A stretch of 64,000 nucleotides of DNA. Source: Antedon mediterranea (taxonomy: Eukaryota; Animalia; Echinodermata). Below are positions 28,901 to 41,200 of this stretch, piece after piece. The first letter of the stretch is position 1. The number at the start of each line of letters is the position of its first letter. The notes below the pieces were generated by a model. The model made no database searches, was not told where the DNA came from, and saw nothing but the letters and a program-made list of their open reading frames with translations. The stretch spans positions 22,205,045-22,269,044 of the forward strand of contig NC_092680.1 in the NCBI RefSeq assembly GCF_964355755.1, read 5' to 3'. The position numbers were made by a program, and so were the translations under genes.

Positions 28901-31900
28901 TTTATTCTTGTAATTTTAAGCATCACTTAAAGATGTATTGTCCCTTTGACTAATTCCAAAAAAAAAGAAAAAAAAAGATTTCGAAAAAAACGTGGGTCAT
29001 TTTGAAGTATCATAATAGTTATTAACTTTCACCAAAAATTAGTCCAAAAAAAATCCTTTAACTGAAATACAGACGTTTTTTTGTTCCAGTCAAAGTTTTC
29101 GATCAAAACATATTTCATAATGCAACACGTTTGTTTGGCTACTCTGTATGCATTATCATAAAACTTCCACGCGATCTGTGTGAGAACACTTTCTCAACCC
29201 TGACGAGTTGTAAACAATCCTAATTAGCATCATGCATAATGCATACTCGTGGTTTGAAATCTTTGTTTACTTTCGCTCACAACGAATGTTTGGGTTTTTT
29301 TGGCTCAAATTTTCGACTTAAAGTGAATAACTTTAATATTACTTTGATATGGCCAGTTTAAATTTAAAATATTTTGACCTTCATTTTTTTGTGTTTCAAG
29401 GGACAATCTTTAAGCATCCTCCAAATTATTCTTTTTAATATCAGTTGTTATAATGACATTGGGCAAAGTCAATACAAGCATCCTTTGATTTATTTCTCAT
29501 AGTTCAAAATATTTCCAAAAGGAAAAATATTTTTTTTTTTAAATTAGAGGATGAGGACAAGAAAAAAAGAATATCCATAATAAATGTTATTTTTTGCTTG
29601 TTGGCTTGTGATTTCTTAGATAATCTTGTTGGCTTGTGATTTCTTAGATCCTTTGAATTGATAATGCAATTTTTAAACATTATTTAGGTTTTGTTAAATA
29701 ATATTGGCCGTATTTGGAAGTTACGATTGCAACTTGATGAAGAATCTTCCAAATCATGGTTTGTAGAAAAGGTAAGTGTAGAGGAAGTAGTAAAATGGTG
29801 TATAAAAGCTATAAATATTTAAAGAATATTGAAAGTAATAACATCTATGATTTGTTTGTGCCATAATAAAGCCTGAACTCAGTGGATCAGGTGATGGTCT
29901 ATTGATGGACAGAATTTCACTATTTTCCATTTATATTGTGTATAATAGGATTTTATTACATTTGTAGATTAAAATGAAAGATCAAGACACTAATGAAGAA
30001 TTTAGTGCAAGGTTGAATAAATGGGTTGGTGTGAATTCCGGAAACATTCTAGAGATTCCTGCAATTTGGCCAGAGCTTGAGGAACCTCAAGGTAATTAGA
30101 TGCAGGAATTATCTCAATGGTCAAAGTTAGAAAGTAAAAGTCAAAAGATGCAGGGATTATCTCAATGGTCAAAGTTAGAAAGAATATGTCATAGATGCAG
30201 GAATTATCTCAATGGTCAAAGTTAGAAAGTATAAGTCAAAAGATGCAGGTTATCTCAATGGTCAAAGTTAGAAAGAATATGTCATAGATGCAGGAATTAT
30301 CTCAATGGTCAAAGTTAGAAAGTATAAGTCAAAAGATGCAGGTTATCTCAATGGTCAAAGTTTGACTGTATAAGTCAAAAGATGCAGGGATTATCTCAAT
30401 AGTTAAAGTTAGAAAGTATAAGTCATAAGATGTAGAAATTATCTCAATGGTCAAAGTTTGACTGTATAAGTCAAAAGATGCAGGAATTATCTCCATGGTC
30501 AAAGTTAGATGGAATACATTCATGCAATATGACTGAAGAGAAAGAAAGTATAAGTCATAAGATGCAGGAATTATCTCCATGGTCAAAGTTAGATGGAATA
30601 CATTCATGCAACATGACTGAAGAGAAAGAAAGTATAAGTCATAAGATGCAGGAATTATCTCCATGGTCAAAGTTAGATGGAATACATTCATGCAATATGA
30701 CTGAAGAGAAAGAAAGTATAAGTCATAAGATGCAGGAATTATCTCCATGGTCAAAGTTAGATGGAATACATTCATGCAATATGACTGAAGAGAAAGAAAG
30801 TATAAGTCATAAGATGCAGGAATTATCTCCATGGTCAAAGTTAGATGGAATACATTCATGCAATATGACTGAAGAGAAAGAAAGTATAAGTCATAAGATG
30901 CAGGAATTATCTCCATGGTCAAAGTTAGATGGAATACATTCATGCAATATGACTGAAGAGAAAGAAAGTATAAGTCAAAAGATGCAGGAATTATCTCCAT
31001 GGTCAAAGTTAGATGGAATACATTCATGCAATATGACTGAAGAGAAAGAAAGTATAAATTCAAAACTTTAATGATCTGTAAAATATTGTTGACATTCTTA
31101 ATTTTGGTAAAAGTAAGCTTTAAGGTTAGGTTAAGAACCTAAGCAAACCTTACCTACATGAGCTGTCAACATGTGTTATTGCTACTATGTATGGATAATA
31201 TTATTACTGTCAACCTTATTGATTTAGTTATTGAGTACAAAATAGAAGTAAAAACTGGTAATGAAGAAGGAAGTGATCAAACAGAAAATGCCTACGTTAC
31301 CATTTATGGAGACAAAGGAGATACGGGAAAAAGATATTTCTTTAACAATCTGGAAGATCAATCTAAATTTCAGAAAGACCAAGTAAGATTATACCTTTTC
31401 ATTCATCAAAATATTTGTCTCAAAATTAAAGAAGAAAATAATAATAACAAATCATCATTTTACATAAACAGTAATAAATGGTTAATTTTTCCAACAGACA
31501 GACACATTTATTATAGAAGCAGTCTCTGTTGGTGATCTTACTAAGTGTGTCATAGGTCACGATGGAAAAGCATGGTTGTTATCAAATGTCAAGATTACCA
31601 ATGACTCCACAAAGGAATATGTGTTTCAGTGTAACAAGTACGTATTTGGAAATGTATTAATCAGTAGATAATTAATCCTTTATTAATGCTAATATTTGTT
31701 TATTTACACTATTAAAAGTGCAATGTCTAACCATCTTCAATATCTCTCAGGTGGCTTACAGCAAATGATGGAGATAAAGCAGAACAGCTCTTAACCATTG
31801 AAGCTGTTCAAGAAGATGACAAAGAAAGTGCTGAGGATACTGATAAGAAAAGTGACAAAGATGATCAAAATGATGACGAAAAGGAAGATGATGACAAAAA

Positions 31901-32036
31901 CAACGATGATGAAAACAAAGATGATGATGATGAGGATGGCAAAAATAGTGATGATGACAAAAATGGTGATGATGATGCCAAAAATGGTGATGATGATGGC
32001 AAGGATGATAAGGATAATGGAAATAATGACAATTAA
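135..32036 (+). CDS. LOXHD1-like multi-PLAT (lipoxygenase homology) domain protein with an internal FN3 block; 5' end lies upstream of the window; stop TAA at 32034-32036
   Basis: Hand-spliced GT-AG exons with consistent phases: 135-182, 1084-1809, 2424-2492, 2888-3039, 3189-3411, 3532-3683, 4195-4352, 4511-4584, 5043-5203, 5360-5579, 5723-6035, 6248-6315, [FN3 exons 6701-11026], 11295-11315, 11527-11693, 11941-12397, 12523-12657, 12775-12825, 12978-13132, 13296-13382, 14328-14457, 14611-14762, 14898-15117, 15668-16221, 16474-16560, 16697-16967, 17082-17248, 17344-17501, 17624-17885, 18462-18548, 18651-18762, 18878-19032, 19263-19491, 19736-19896, 20029-20142, 21463-21753, 25108-25256, 25550-25665, 27146-27309, 29688-29771, 29968-30091, 31228-31382, 31498-31637, 31751-32036. 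Recurrent PLAT motifs: Y/W-x-V-x-V-x-TG...TDANVxIxIxGxxGDxG...FxxGQxDxFxIEAVxxGxxxKxxxGHDG...GWxxxxV...FxCxxWL. Orthology to LOXHD1 is not established. Confidence 0.85.
1084..1809 (+). CDS. Pro/Thr/Glu/Lys-rich repetitive exon of the PLAT gene (TPLKERTPTPVKEETPKP repeats)
   Basis: AAG acceptor at 1081-1083 and G|GTTATG donor; 726 nt, phase 1-1; lies within ORF 996..1910. Confidence 0.7.
2888..6315 (+). CDS. Exons encoding PLAT domains 1-4 (window numbering)
   Basis: DGDWKVYVKTG...VYGDKG; HKYVVEVHTG...TDSNVYINIVGEKGDIG...GHDGKGAGTGWYL...CNRWLD; DWQIFVTTG; KYYIMVWTG...TNANVFLNIHGKYGDTG...HDGKSPDVGWFV...FPCRKWFD. Confidence 0.85.
6305..6471. repeat. Triplicated ~56-bp unit that includes the exon end and splice donor
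   Basis: acctgcaacaa-gtaagtttattgtatacataatagacaagttgtataatgattata x3. Confidence 0.9.
6701..11026 (+). CDS. Seven fibronectin type III domain exons (6701-6964, 7286-7549, 7729-8007, 8202-8471, 8758-9444, 9984-10259, 10757-11026)
   Basis: Each has the FN3 signature (I/V)xVxW(xx)P...GY/F/NY-xV...LxPGxxYxIxI...S; each is flanked by AG/GT, is phase 1-1 and has a length divisible by 3 (264, 264, 279, 270, 687, 276, 270 nt). Confidence 0.85.
9036..9218 (+). repeat. Coding 24-bp tandem repeat, (GDRSKSRT) x ~7.5, inside FN3 exon 5
   Basis: GGAGACAGATCAAAGAGTAGAACT units, in frame within ORF 8712..9560. Confidence 0.9.
10360..10500. repeat. Intronic minisatellite, ~3 copies
   Basis: ttgtatatatatggttcacattcattcatactgcttgttctcttgt repeated. 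Confidence 0.85.
11295..11315 (+). CDS. 21-nt microexon linking the FN3 block to the next PLAT domain
   Basis: tttttttcag|AATCTGACAAACCAGAGACAC|gtgagt; phase 1-1; encodes SDKPET, similar to the other linker exons (KPDS, KPQT). Confidence 0.7.
11527..32036 (+). CDS. Exons encoding PLAT domains 5-16 and the Asp-rich C-terminal tail
   Basis: Six pairs of alternating 'WKVxVxT' and 'YxVxxxTG' PLAT repeats; the last exon encodes WLTANDG...DDDGKDDKDNGNNDN*. Confidence 0.85.
13582..14118. repeat. Intronic 55-bp minisatellite, ~10 copies
   Basis: gcaaagaggctaaactgccgataatgattggagtaagccaataccgtatattggt units. Confidence 0.95.
15271..15456. mobile_element. MITE (non-autonomous DNA transposon) with ~40-bp TIRs
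   Basis: taaagcgtggttcccactagcgacgcaacacaaggacgtaa ... ttacgtccttgcgttacgttctagtgggaaccaagcttta are imperfect inverted repeats; TA/TWA at the ends. Confidence 0.8.
20142..21365. repeat. Intronic 41-bp minisatellite, ~30 copies, starting at the splice donor
   Basis: ggtacttattcaagtttattcataataacaactttcactgt units. Confidence 0.95.
21859..23501 (+). mobile_element. Second HINE/DINE-like element nested in the first
   Basis: 5' palindrome ggttatccgc-ctcaa-gcggataacc; 3' subTIR ggcggataaccaa (23456-23468), hairpin aactcgtc-ctcaagt-gacgagtt, then taagatctagtt; internal ~305-bp direct duplication (~21938-22230 and ~22243-22530). Confidence 0.75.
23253..23326 (+). pseudogene. Degenerate tRNA-derived segment inside the nested element
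   Basis: A-box-like tggctcgatgtg and B-box ggttcgagtccc with a T-arm (cggg-ttcgagt-cccg); acceptor stem does not pair. Confidence 0.45.
26043..26114 (-). pseudogene. tRNA-like copy 1 (tRNA-Pro-like scaffold, TGT at the anticodon position)
   Basis: Reverse complement of 26795-26866. Confidence 0.7.
26431..26500 (+). pseudogene. tRNA-like copy 2 (2-nt deletion in the 3' acceptor strand)
   Basis: ggctctgtggtctagtggtatgatactcgccctgtaagcgagaggttgcaggttcgaatccagccagaca, followed by TTTTTT. Confidence 0.7.
26795..26866 (+). pseudogene. tRNA-like copy 3: 72-nt cloverleaf with A/B boxes and a T6 Pol III terminator
   Basis: Acceptor GGCTCTG/CAGAGAC (1 mismatch); A box TGGTCTAGTGG; anticodon stem CTCGC/GCGAG with loop CCTGTAA (C instead of U33); T arm GCAGG-TTCGAAT-CCAGC (1 mismatch); TTTTTT at 26867. 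Confidence 0.7.
27390..29300. mobile_element. Probable intronic transposon-derived insertion; right boundary uncertain
   Basis: Begins with hairpin ctagatgg-(N14)-ccatctag; higher CpG content than neighbouring introns; includes 28935-29037, which is shared with window position 1-102. Confidence 0.4.
30098..31060. repeat. Intronic compound minisatellite: ~48-bp units followed by ~7 copies of an 84-bp derivative
   Basis: agatgcaggaattatctc(a/c)atggtcaaagttag core; the 84-bp unit adds a 36-bp insert; explains ORFs 30329- and 30478+. Confidence 0.95.
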
Positions 32037-32926
32037 TAGATCATAAAGGACAACAGTGCTGAGCTTGCAGAATCGATCAGTTGCCCTAGCTTAATCCAAA
32101 AATGTGCGTAATGCAACTAACGATCTAATGCTTCAAAGTGTGTTTCTCACATTTTGTCTATTTTAATCGTTTTATAGTACTACAGTATTATAGTTGTAGG
32201 ATTGTTTAGTAACAATTTGTATAGTCCGTTGTACATAACCATTTGACAAGTAAAACCAGTATTGAACAAATCATTATAATACAATTTGTACAGTAGTCTC
32301 TTACATGCTGTACTATATGTTACCAAAGAAACTGTTTAGTAGGTTTTTAATCTCAAACATTAAAACCATATTCAGCACACATGGATCATGTTCTAGTATG
32401 TAAGACCTACTAAGTTCATGTATGTACTTGGAAAACACTTCAGTCGGAGGATGAGGCTATGAGTTTCACAAGACAAGATGACACAGATGTCATTCATGTC
32501 TCTTTTCATCCAAACAGGTGTTGTGCCTTCCTGCATTTTTTTCAGTTGGTACTAATATATAGTTTGTGGATTTATTTATAGTCTTTAGCTGTAAATCACT
32601 GAATAGTAGTAGAGAACCTAGACATTACATAATAGTAATTTATGTACAGTAGCAACATTTTCTCACAAATATAATAGTATTGAATTATTATGGTATGTTG
32701 ATGTAAATAACCAGTATTGTTAATCGATCAAACTAAATGTTAAAAAACCAGAAACGAAATACATTAAACCTTAGAGGACACTTTCCCGTGAAACAACGAG
32801 AAGAAGTAACCCCTTATGGGAACAATGGTTCTCCTTTAGTCATAATACTTTTTTTTTCATTATGTTAGATCAAAGTCTAAGTGTTAATTGAGTGATATAA
32901 TATGGTTTCTCCCTTTCTTGGGGTTA

Positions 32927-33390
32927 TGAAACAACCCTGAAAGAGTGGAATTCTACGTAAAACACTAAAATAAAACAGTTTTGGTCACATCGTTAGTTGT
33001 GGTTCCCTTATAGAGTCAAAGTTATTATTGTATCAAGACACTCTGGATACTTCTCTCTTTCCTGTAGTCATGAAACAACCCGGAAAGAGTGGAATTCCAC
33101 GTAAAACACTAAAATAAAACAGTTTTAGTCGACTCGTTAGTTGTTGTTTCCTTTAGAGTCCAAGTTATTATTGTATCAAGACACTCTGGATGCTTCTTTC
33201 TTTCCTGTAGTCATGAAACAACCCGGAAAGAGTGGAATTCCACGTAAAACACTAAAATAAAACTATTTTAGTCACATCGTTAGTTGTTGTTTCCTTTAGA
33301 GTCCAAGTTATTATTGTATCAAGACACTCTGGATGCTTCTTTCTTTCCTGTAGTCATGAAACAACCCGGAAAGAGTGTCCACGTAAAAAT
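32927..33390. repeat. ~143-bp tandem repeat, ~3.2 copies
   Basis: tgaaacaacccggaaagagtggaattccacgtaaaacac recurs at ~32927, 33071, 33214 and 33357. Confidence 0.9.
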
Positions 33391-33623
33391 TTAACACAAG
33401 TACAAACAAGTCAGACCATTTTTTTTCTTTAAAGTTCAAGTTATTATATAATATACAAAGGCACTCTGGATGTCTCTTCCTTTATCCGGAGCGTATGCGG
33501 GGTGAGGACGCACACCAAAAAAGCAACACTTGTCCAAAGGGTCCACTTGTTTAGACCTAGGCCGGACATTTTAAAGGAATAGTGCAATTTATGAGGACAT
33601 GCATCTCAATTTTTAAAATGTTC

Positions 33624-34291
33624 ATGTTTGTGAAGTTGGTTACTAGTTCCTAAGTTCCTTATTCAAATTCAATTAAAGGGACAGTCACAAATATTTTTTA
33701 AAACAGATTTTAATACGTAATAACTGTCTAATTGAGTTGTTATTGCATCAACATGTTAGCCTTGACCGGTTCTACTTCTTCCGGTCAAAGTTCAATAACA
33801 TTTTATGCATTTACGCCCTCTACGGCGAATATGTAACTAGCTTTTACGAACGTTATAACCCTTGTTCTACTTAATATTTTCAAAATATTTTGGTATAGAT
33901 CGATGACATTTTTGTATCTACGCCCTCTACGGCGAATAAGTAACTGGCTTTTACGAACGTTATAACACTTGACCTACTTAATTTTTTGGTAGAGTAGGTG
34001 AAGGGTCATCGATCTATACCAAAATATTTTGAAAATATTAAGTAGATCAAGTGTTATACGTTCGTAAAAGCTAGTTACTTATTCGCCGTAGAGGGCGTAA
34101 ATGCATAAAATGTTATTGAACTTTGACCGGAAGAAGTAGAGGAGGTCAAGGCTAACATGTTGATGCAATAACAACTCAATTAGACAGTTATTACGTGTTA
34201 AAATCTGTTTTTAAAAATATTTGTGACTGTCCCTTTAATTGAATTTGAATAAGGAACTAGGAACTATAGTAACCATGAACTTCACAGACAT
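33624..34291. mobile_element. Foldback/MITE-like long inverted repeat (~285-bp arms, ~97-bp spacer)
   Basis: 33624-33907 is the near-perfect reverse complement of 34005-34291 (…ggtatagatcgatgac / gtcatcgatctatacc…). Confidence 0.85.
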
Positions 34292-35297
34292 AAAATGTTC
34301 TTAGCTGAGTCAAGTGCACTTAGTTGCCAAAGTGCGAGCCATGAGAGGCAAGCTCTGTCGAGTGAGTGTTGTGCACGTCGATAACACGAATGTCATGAGT
34401 TCGGATCCGATGAAAAGCTAATGCATGTTAGTGGCCACAACTGTGCCATTGTGTCCATTGAACACATACAATTTTGTTTATGTCCACATTTACTTAATTC
34501 TTTTTCTTGTATGGATTGTCACTATGAGGAGGGCGACGGTGACGGACTTGTCTCAGTAGTCAGCTATGTCGTCCCTCGACCAAATTATATTCTTTGTTGG
34601 TTTTTTTGTTATTTGTTTTGTGTGTGTGTATTTCATAATTTTATTCTGTTGAAATACCGTGGTCGCATGAATTGCATGCATTCCATGCCTCGCTGGCTCG
34701 CACATTGCTCTTACTTGTTTTACTTGTAATCCCTCATAATTGGAGACATGTCATTTCAAATTACTGGGCTAGCGGAGCTATATTTTTTCAAAATAGTCTT
34801 AACTCATCCCCCAATCATGGTACGTTGGATTGAGGTATTGAAGACTCTTAATTAGGCTGCTATTCGTTTCATATTATCAAATTAAATTTGAACAAGAGTT
34901 GAGTTTTATGTCCAAAAAAGAACTTATACAGTAGTTAGATTGCATCACAAATTAGACTTTCGTACAGACGTCCTGTGGTTGAAACCTTGTCGACCATAAT
35001 TTAATATGGTACCGATATGGTATTAAAGTTCTGACCGGCTATAATAAGTCTTTTAAAAAATACTTTAAAAATACCTCTTATTATTAAATTTAATTAATGT
35101 ATAAACGCTTTACAGTAAAATAAATTATCGTGTTACAATTTTAATTTTTAACATAATTATAATTATTCTAAAAGATAATATTTGAATCTAAGCCTATATA
35201 GGCCTAGATGGTAATATTTTAATAGGTGTGTGTGTTCTGCCATTTTAGCAAAATAGGATCGTCGTCGTATCGAAAAAGTAATTATAAATTGTATGCA

Positions 35298-38200
35298 ATG
35301 GCAAAGAAAACCTATGATTTGTTGTTTAAACTTCTACTTATTGGAGATTCTGGTGTAGGAAAAACGTGTATATTGTTCAGGTTTTCAGACGACACCTTTA
35401 ACACGACGTTTATATCAACTATAGGTAAGGTTCCTATCTCTTTTTCTAGGCCCAGTTTTTAGTAAGAAGGCTAGCCTAGATAAGCGGAGAGGTAGGGTGG
35501 AAAAGACATAAAGTACGTCGTATAGCGAGGCGATCACGCCCTTACCTCAACGTTTTCCGACTGGCAATCAAGTACTGTATACGAACAAAATGAGAACTCT
35601 TTGCCACTACAAAATCATTTGAATTGGTAAAACAATCAACAATATAGCCTACAAATTGTTTTTAATTTTTAAAATAATTATTTTTTAGTTAGGCCGCTAG
35701 CCTATAAATAATACTAATAGTAGATAGGCTTAGTTAGGGCCTAGTAGAGGCCTAGCTATGGCCGACCTATCTAAGGAGGGTTCACCTAAGGCTAGGCTAG
35801 ATTGTACTACTATCTAGACAGGCCATCACCACATTACATTGCTTTTAGATACAGTGTTTACGTCTTATGGTATCGTTAGGTATCCTTAACGTTTGTAAAT
35901 AAAAAGGTTTGTGAAACAAGTATGAATCTATCTAGATTTTAAATAAGTACTTCAAATTAAACTATTACCAGATTATGGTAGCGTATTAACTCATCATACA
36001 GTATTAGCGGAGTACAGTGAAAAATGTAATTAAAATGTAAAGCAAGTAATTCTTATTCGTTTATTGCAAATGGAATCAAATCAGCATACAAAAACATGCA
36101 AAAATAAATACTGACAATGAGATGCTACTAGTTACTGTCAGTTTTCATCTGAAGACATATTGCTGTCATTGAATGGTATCAGTTGACTTCACTGCTGGTG
36201 TGTAACTGGAGATCTACGTTTATAACATGTTATAAAATTTTTGATTTATATAACATTGAGCTATGTTATTGATTAAACTAACTGTATATTGTACAACATG
36301 TAGTATTCTTTAGAGCAGCGTTCAGCAAAAAACTTTTGTTTTGCGGCCTAAAATCCGTTTCCTGGGACCAAAGTGACTGTACACTAGTAGAGGCCAACCA
36401 CACTGTGGTCAATGCGAAATCTAAAATGGTAGATGGGACACATAAATGAACTGAATCTGATGAACAGTAGAGGCCAATCACAATGTGGTCGACGCCAAAT
36501 CTAAAATGGTAGACGGGACACAATAAGTGAACTGAATCTGATGAACAGTAGAGGCCAATCACAATGTGGTCGACGGCAAATCTAAAATGATAGACAGGAC
36601 ACAGTGAACTGAATCTGATGAACAGTAGAGGCCAATCACAATTTGGTCGATGCCAAGTCTAAAATGATAGACAGGACACATAAGTGAACTGAATCTGATG
36701 AACAGTAGAGGCCAATCACAATTTGGTCGACGGCAAATCTAAAATGGTAGACGGGACACAATAAGTGAACTAAATCTGATGAACAGTAGAGGCCAATCAC
36801 AATTTGGTCGATGCCAAGTCTAAAATGATAGACAGGACACATAAGTGAACTGAATCTGATGAACAGTAGAGGCCAATCACAATTTGGTCGACGGCAAATC
36901 TAAAATGATAGACAGGACACATAAGTGAACTGAATCTGATGAACAGTAGAGGCCAATCACAATTTGGTCGATGCCAAGTCTAAAGTCTAAATACACTGAC
37001 CCCTTCTATAGTTTATAGCTATCCAGTACACTGACCCCTTCTATAGTTAGCTATCCTGTACACTGACCCATTCTATAGTTAGCTATCCTGTACACTGACC
37101 CATTCTATAGTTTATAGCTATCCTGTACACTGACCCCTTCTATAGTTAGCTATCCTGTACACTGACCCCTTCTATAGTTTATAGCTATCCTGTACACTGA
37201 CCCCTTCTATAGTTTATAGCTATCCTGTACACTGACCCCTTCTATAGTTTATAGCTATCCTGTACACTGACCCCTTCTATAGTTAGCTATTTATCCTGTA
37301 CACTTACCCCTTCTATAGTTTATAGCTATCCTGTACACTGACCCCTTCTATAGTTTATAGCTATCCTGTACACTGACCCCTTCTATAGTTAGCTATTTAT
37401 CCTGTACACTGACCCCTTCTATAGTTTATAGCTATCCTGTACACTGACCCCTTCTATAGTTTATAGCTATCCTGTACACTGACCCCTTCTATAGTTTATA
37501 GCTATCCTGTACACTGACCCCTTCTATAGTTTATAGCTATCCTGTACACTGACCCCTTCTATAGTTTATAGCTATCCTGTACACTGACCCCTTCTATAGT
37601 TTATAGCTATCCTGTACACTGACCCCTTCTATAGTTTATAGCTATCCTGTACACTGACCCCTTCTATAGTTTATAGCTATCCTGTACACTGACCCCTTCT
37701 ATAGTTTATAGCTATCCTGTACACTGACCCCTTCTATAGTTTATAGCTATCCTGTACACTGACCCCTTCTATAGTTTATAGCTATCCTGTACACTGACCC
37801 ATTCTATAGTTTATAGCTATCTTGTACACTGACCCCTTCTATAGTTTATAGCTATCCTGTACACTGACCCCTTCTATAGTTTATAGCTATCCTGTACACT
37901 GACCCCTTCTATAGTTTATAGCTATCCTGTACACTGACCCATTCTATAGTTTATAGCTATCCTGTACACTGACCCATTCTATAGTTTATAGCTATCTTGT
38001 ACACTGACCCCTTCTATAGTTTATAGCTATCCTGTACACTGACCCCTTCTATAGTTTATAGCTATCCTGTACACTGACCCCTTCTATAGTTTATAGCTAT
38101 CCTGTACACTGACCCATTCTATAGTTTATAGCTATCCTGTACACTGACCCATTCTATAGTTTATAGCTATCCTGTACACTGACCCATTCTATAGTTTATA

Positions 38201-41200
38201 GCTATCTTGTACACTGACCCCTTCTATAGTTTATAGCTATCCTGTACACTGACCCCTTCTATAGTTAAAAGCTATCCTGTACACTGACCCCTTCTATAGT
38301 TAAAAGCTATCCAGTACACTGACCCCTTCTATAGTTTATAGCTATCCTGTACACTGACCCCTTCTATAGTTTATAGCTATCCTGTACACTGACCCCTTCT
38401 ATAGTTTATAGCTATCCTGTACACTGACCCCTTCTATAGTTTATAGCTATCCTGTACACTGACCCATTCTATAGTTTATAGCTATCCTCTGTACACTGAC
38501 CCCTTCTATAGTTTATAGCTATCCTGTACACTGACCCCTTCTATAGTTTATAGCTATCCTGTACACTGACCCCTTCTATAGTTAAAAGCTATCCAGTACA
38601 CTGACCCCTTCTATAGTTAAAAGCTATCCTGTACACTGACCCCTTCTATAGTTAAAAGCTATCCAGTACACTGACCCCTTCTATAGTTTATAGCTATCTT
38701 GTACACTGACCCCTTCTATAGTTTATAGCTATCAATTTTTTATCATTATTTTGAATACAGTAAACACAATTTTATGATCCTTGATTAATGTTTCCCTTCA
38801 GTTTCACTTATCTTCTTTACTATCCAGTGTAAAAAAACATATTCCATAAGAAGTTTGATTGATAGGTCTGTAGTGTTACCAGACTGTATCTGGCAAAGTG
38901 AATAAAAAATAGGTTAGGGCATGGAGATTTCTCCATAGTTAGGGTAATTCCAGGTTCTCTGAATTTATATATGTTTATTGATATTTAGTGTTTGGCGCCC
39001 TCTAACTTATGTTCTTGATAACTCTTTGCTTTCAGACCAAAGTTCTAAAGTACTATAGCTCTTACTCAAGTTGTGCCTTTGTGTGTAATTATAAGTACCA
39101 ATTGCTTTCAAAATTCTATTCAAAATCTAACTGTACAGGTAGTAGTTTCCAATTCCCAATGTTTATATTCCAATACATTATTATCAATCATCAATAATTC
39201 GGAATGTGTTTTATATTTCATTTAAATTTGTGTAAGATGGACTGCTATAGAAAAGCATTAAAGGATGATACGGTTTACAATACTTCATGTCACTGGTCAT
39301 CAATTAAATGACACAAGTTGACCTACTCATTCAGCTTTTTTAATTTTAATAGAGATTTTCATAAGAAGTTTTTCCATTGAAATTATATTCCCCTTTTTTT
39401 GTACTCTTTTTTTGTAATTTGTATTTTACCTGAATAATGAAATGAAAGGAAATACAGTAATGCCCAATCACCACAGATGAATCCATGTTGACCTTACACT
39501 TGGAGAATTTCTGTTTGTGATTTTTAAAAATACTTGCTTATCATTTTGTTCATTTCCTGTTCATAAGTTTCAGTTTTGATAGATACTGTACACTATTGTC
39601 TGCTGTCATATCATTATTAATATAACTTCAGTCTCGGCATTTTTATTCTGGCAATTGGTACTTAATGTCATAGGTTAACAGGATGAGGTAAATAAGGTCA
39701 GGGTCTTATTCCCATGTTGAGTGCAGAACCTGATAGAATTTGTTGGTGCGGAAGAAACTTTAACAATCGGAAGTTTTAAAGTTATGATCATATTTTGTGG
39801 AGTTGCTTTGCAGAATGTTAAAACAACGACTTCCTTATGGGAAAGGATTTGACAACAGTTTAATAATACTATAGTACTGTAGCTTTATCATATTAACTTT
39901 TGATGCTTGTAAAATGGTGGAGAAAGACAAGAACCGTAAAGATTATGATCATTTATTTAGATTTTTAATGGTAGGAGATTCAACTATTGGGAAATCCAGC
40001 TTAGTACGTCGATTTACAGAAAATGAGTTTAGCTTTGATTTTGTGGCTACAATTGGTATGTATAGTATTACAAAATATTATATCAATTTTCAATACACTT
40101 TGTAAAAATATAAAACTATTAATTATTAAATAAACAACAAACTAATACTGAAGTCAGTAGACAACTGTGCATGGTCTCATCCATTAAGATGCTGTTGCCC
40201 TGGTAACAATCACATTAATGTTTCCATACTTGAACTTAAATCTTTTTTTTTTTTACATGAATACAATATCAAGAATTTGCTGTACAATTAACATTAGTTA
40301 ACAACTCCCTGGTTGTAGAACAGAGCCATTTAGAAAAAGTTTACATATATACAGTACTGAAATGAATCAATGTCATTGTCATATGACTCAACCAGTCTCA
40401 ATTGGGTGTTACTGAACAAGTTTTATACTGGAGTACTATTTAGAAAATTAACTTTCAGATTCTACAGTATTTATGTAATAAAACGTTGTACTCTATAGTT
40501 GAATTTTATGTATTCTTGGCCAGCTAGACCTTGGTCTAGTATTTGATGTACTGTATATGGCGCTCTGGTCGTTTTTGGAAGGGCACCTTATAAATAAATA
40601 TAGCAAAACAAAATGTCATGGCATACTGTATGACATGTCCTACAGTAAATTATGTGCTTGACCAGAATATTAGGCCTAAACTGTGTTAGGCCAACTAGAC
40701 CTGGTCATACTACTGTAATAGCCTAACAAAATACCTGGCCAACATGTCCTACATTAAAGTATGTGCTTGACCAGAATATTAGGCCTAAACTGTGTTAAGG
40801 CCAACTAGACCTGGTCATACTACTGTAATAGCCTAACAAAATACCTGGCCAACATGTCCTACATTAAAATATGTGCTTGACCAGAATATTAGGCCTAAAC
40901 TGTGTTAGGCCAACTAGACCTGGTCATACTACTGTAATAGCCTAACAAAATACCTGGCCAACATGTCCTACATTAAAGTACTGTATGTGCTTGACCAGAA
41001 TATTAGGCCTAAACTGTGTTAGGCCAACTAGACCTGGTCATACTACTGTAAGTAATAGCCTAACAAAATACCTGGCCAACCTGTCCTACATTAAATTATG
41101 TGCTTGACCAGAATATTATTCCTAAGCTGTGTTAAGGCCAACTAGACCTGGTCATACTACTGTAAAATAGCCTAACAAAATACCTGGCCAACATGTCCTT

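Noticed and set aside
30329-31071. 244-aa (-) and 197-aa (+) repeat ORFs
   Set aside because: They come from an 84-bp intronic minisatellite; the flanking PLAT exons (30091 to 31228) splice in frame without it.
34340-34420. Weak tRNA/SINE-like segment (gagttcggatc)
   Set aside because: Only a B-box-like word; no convincing A box or cloverleaf.
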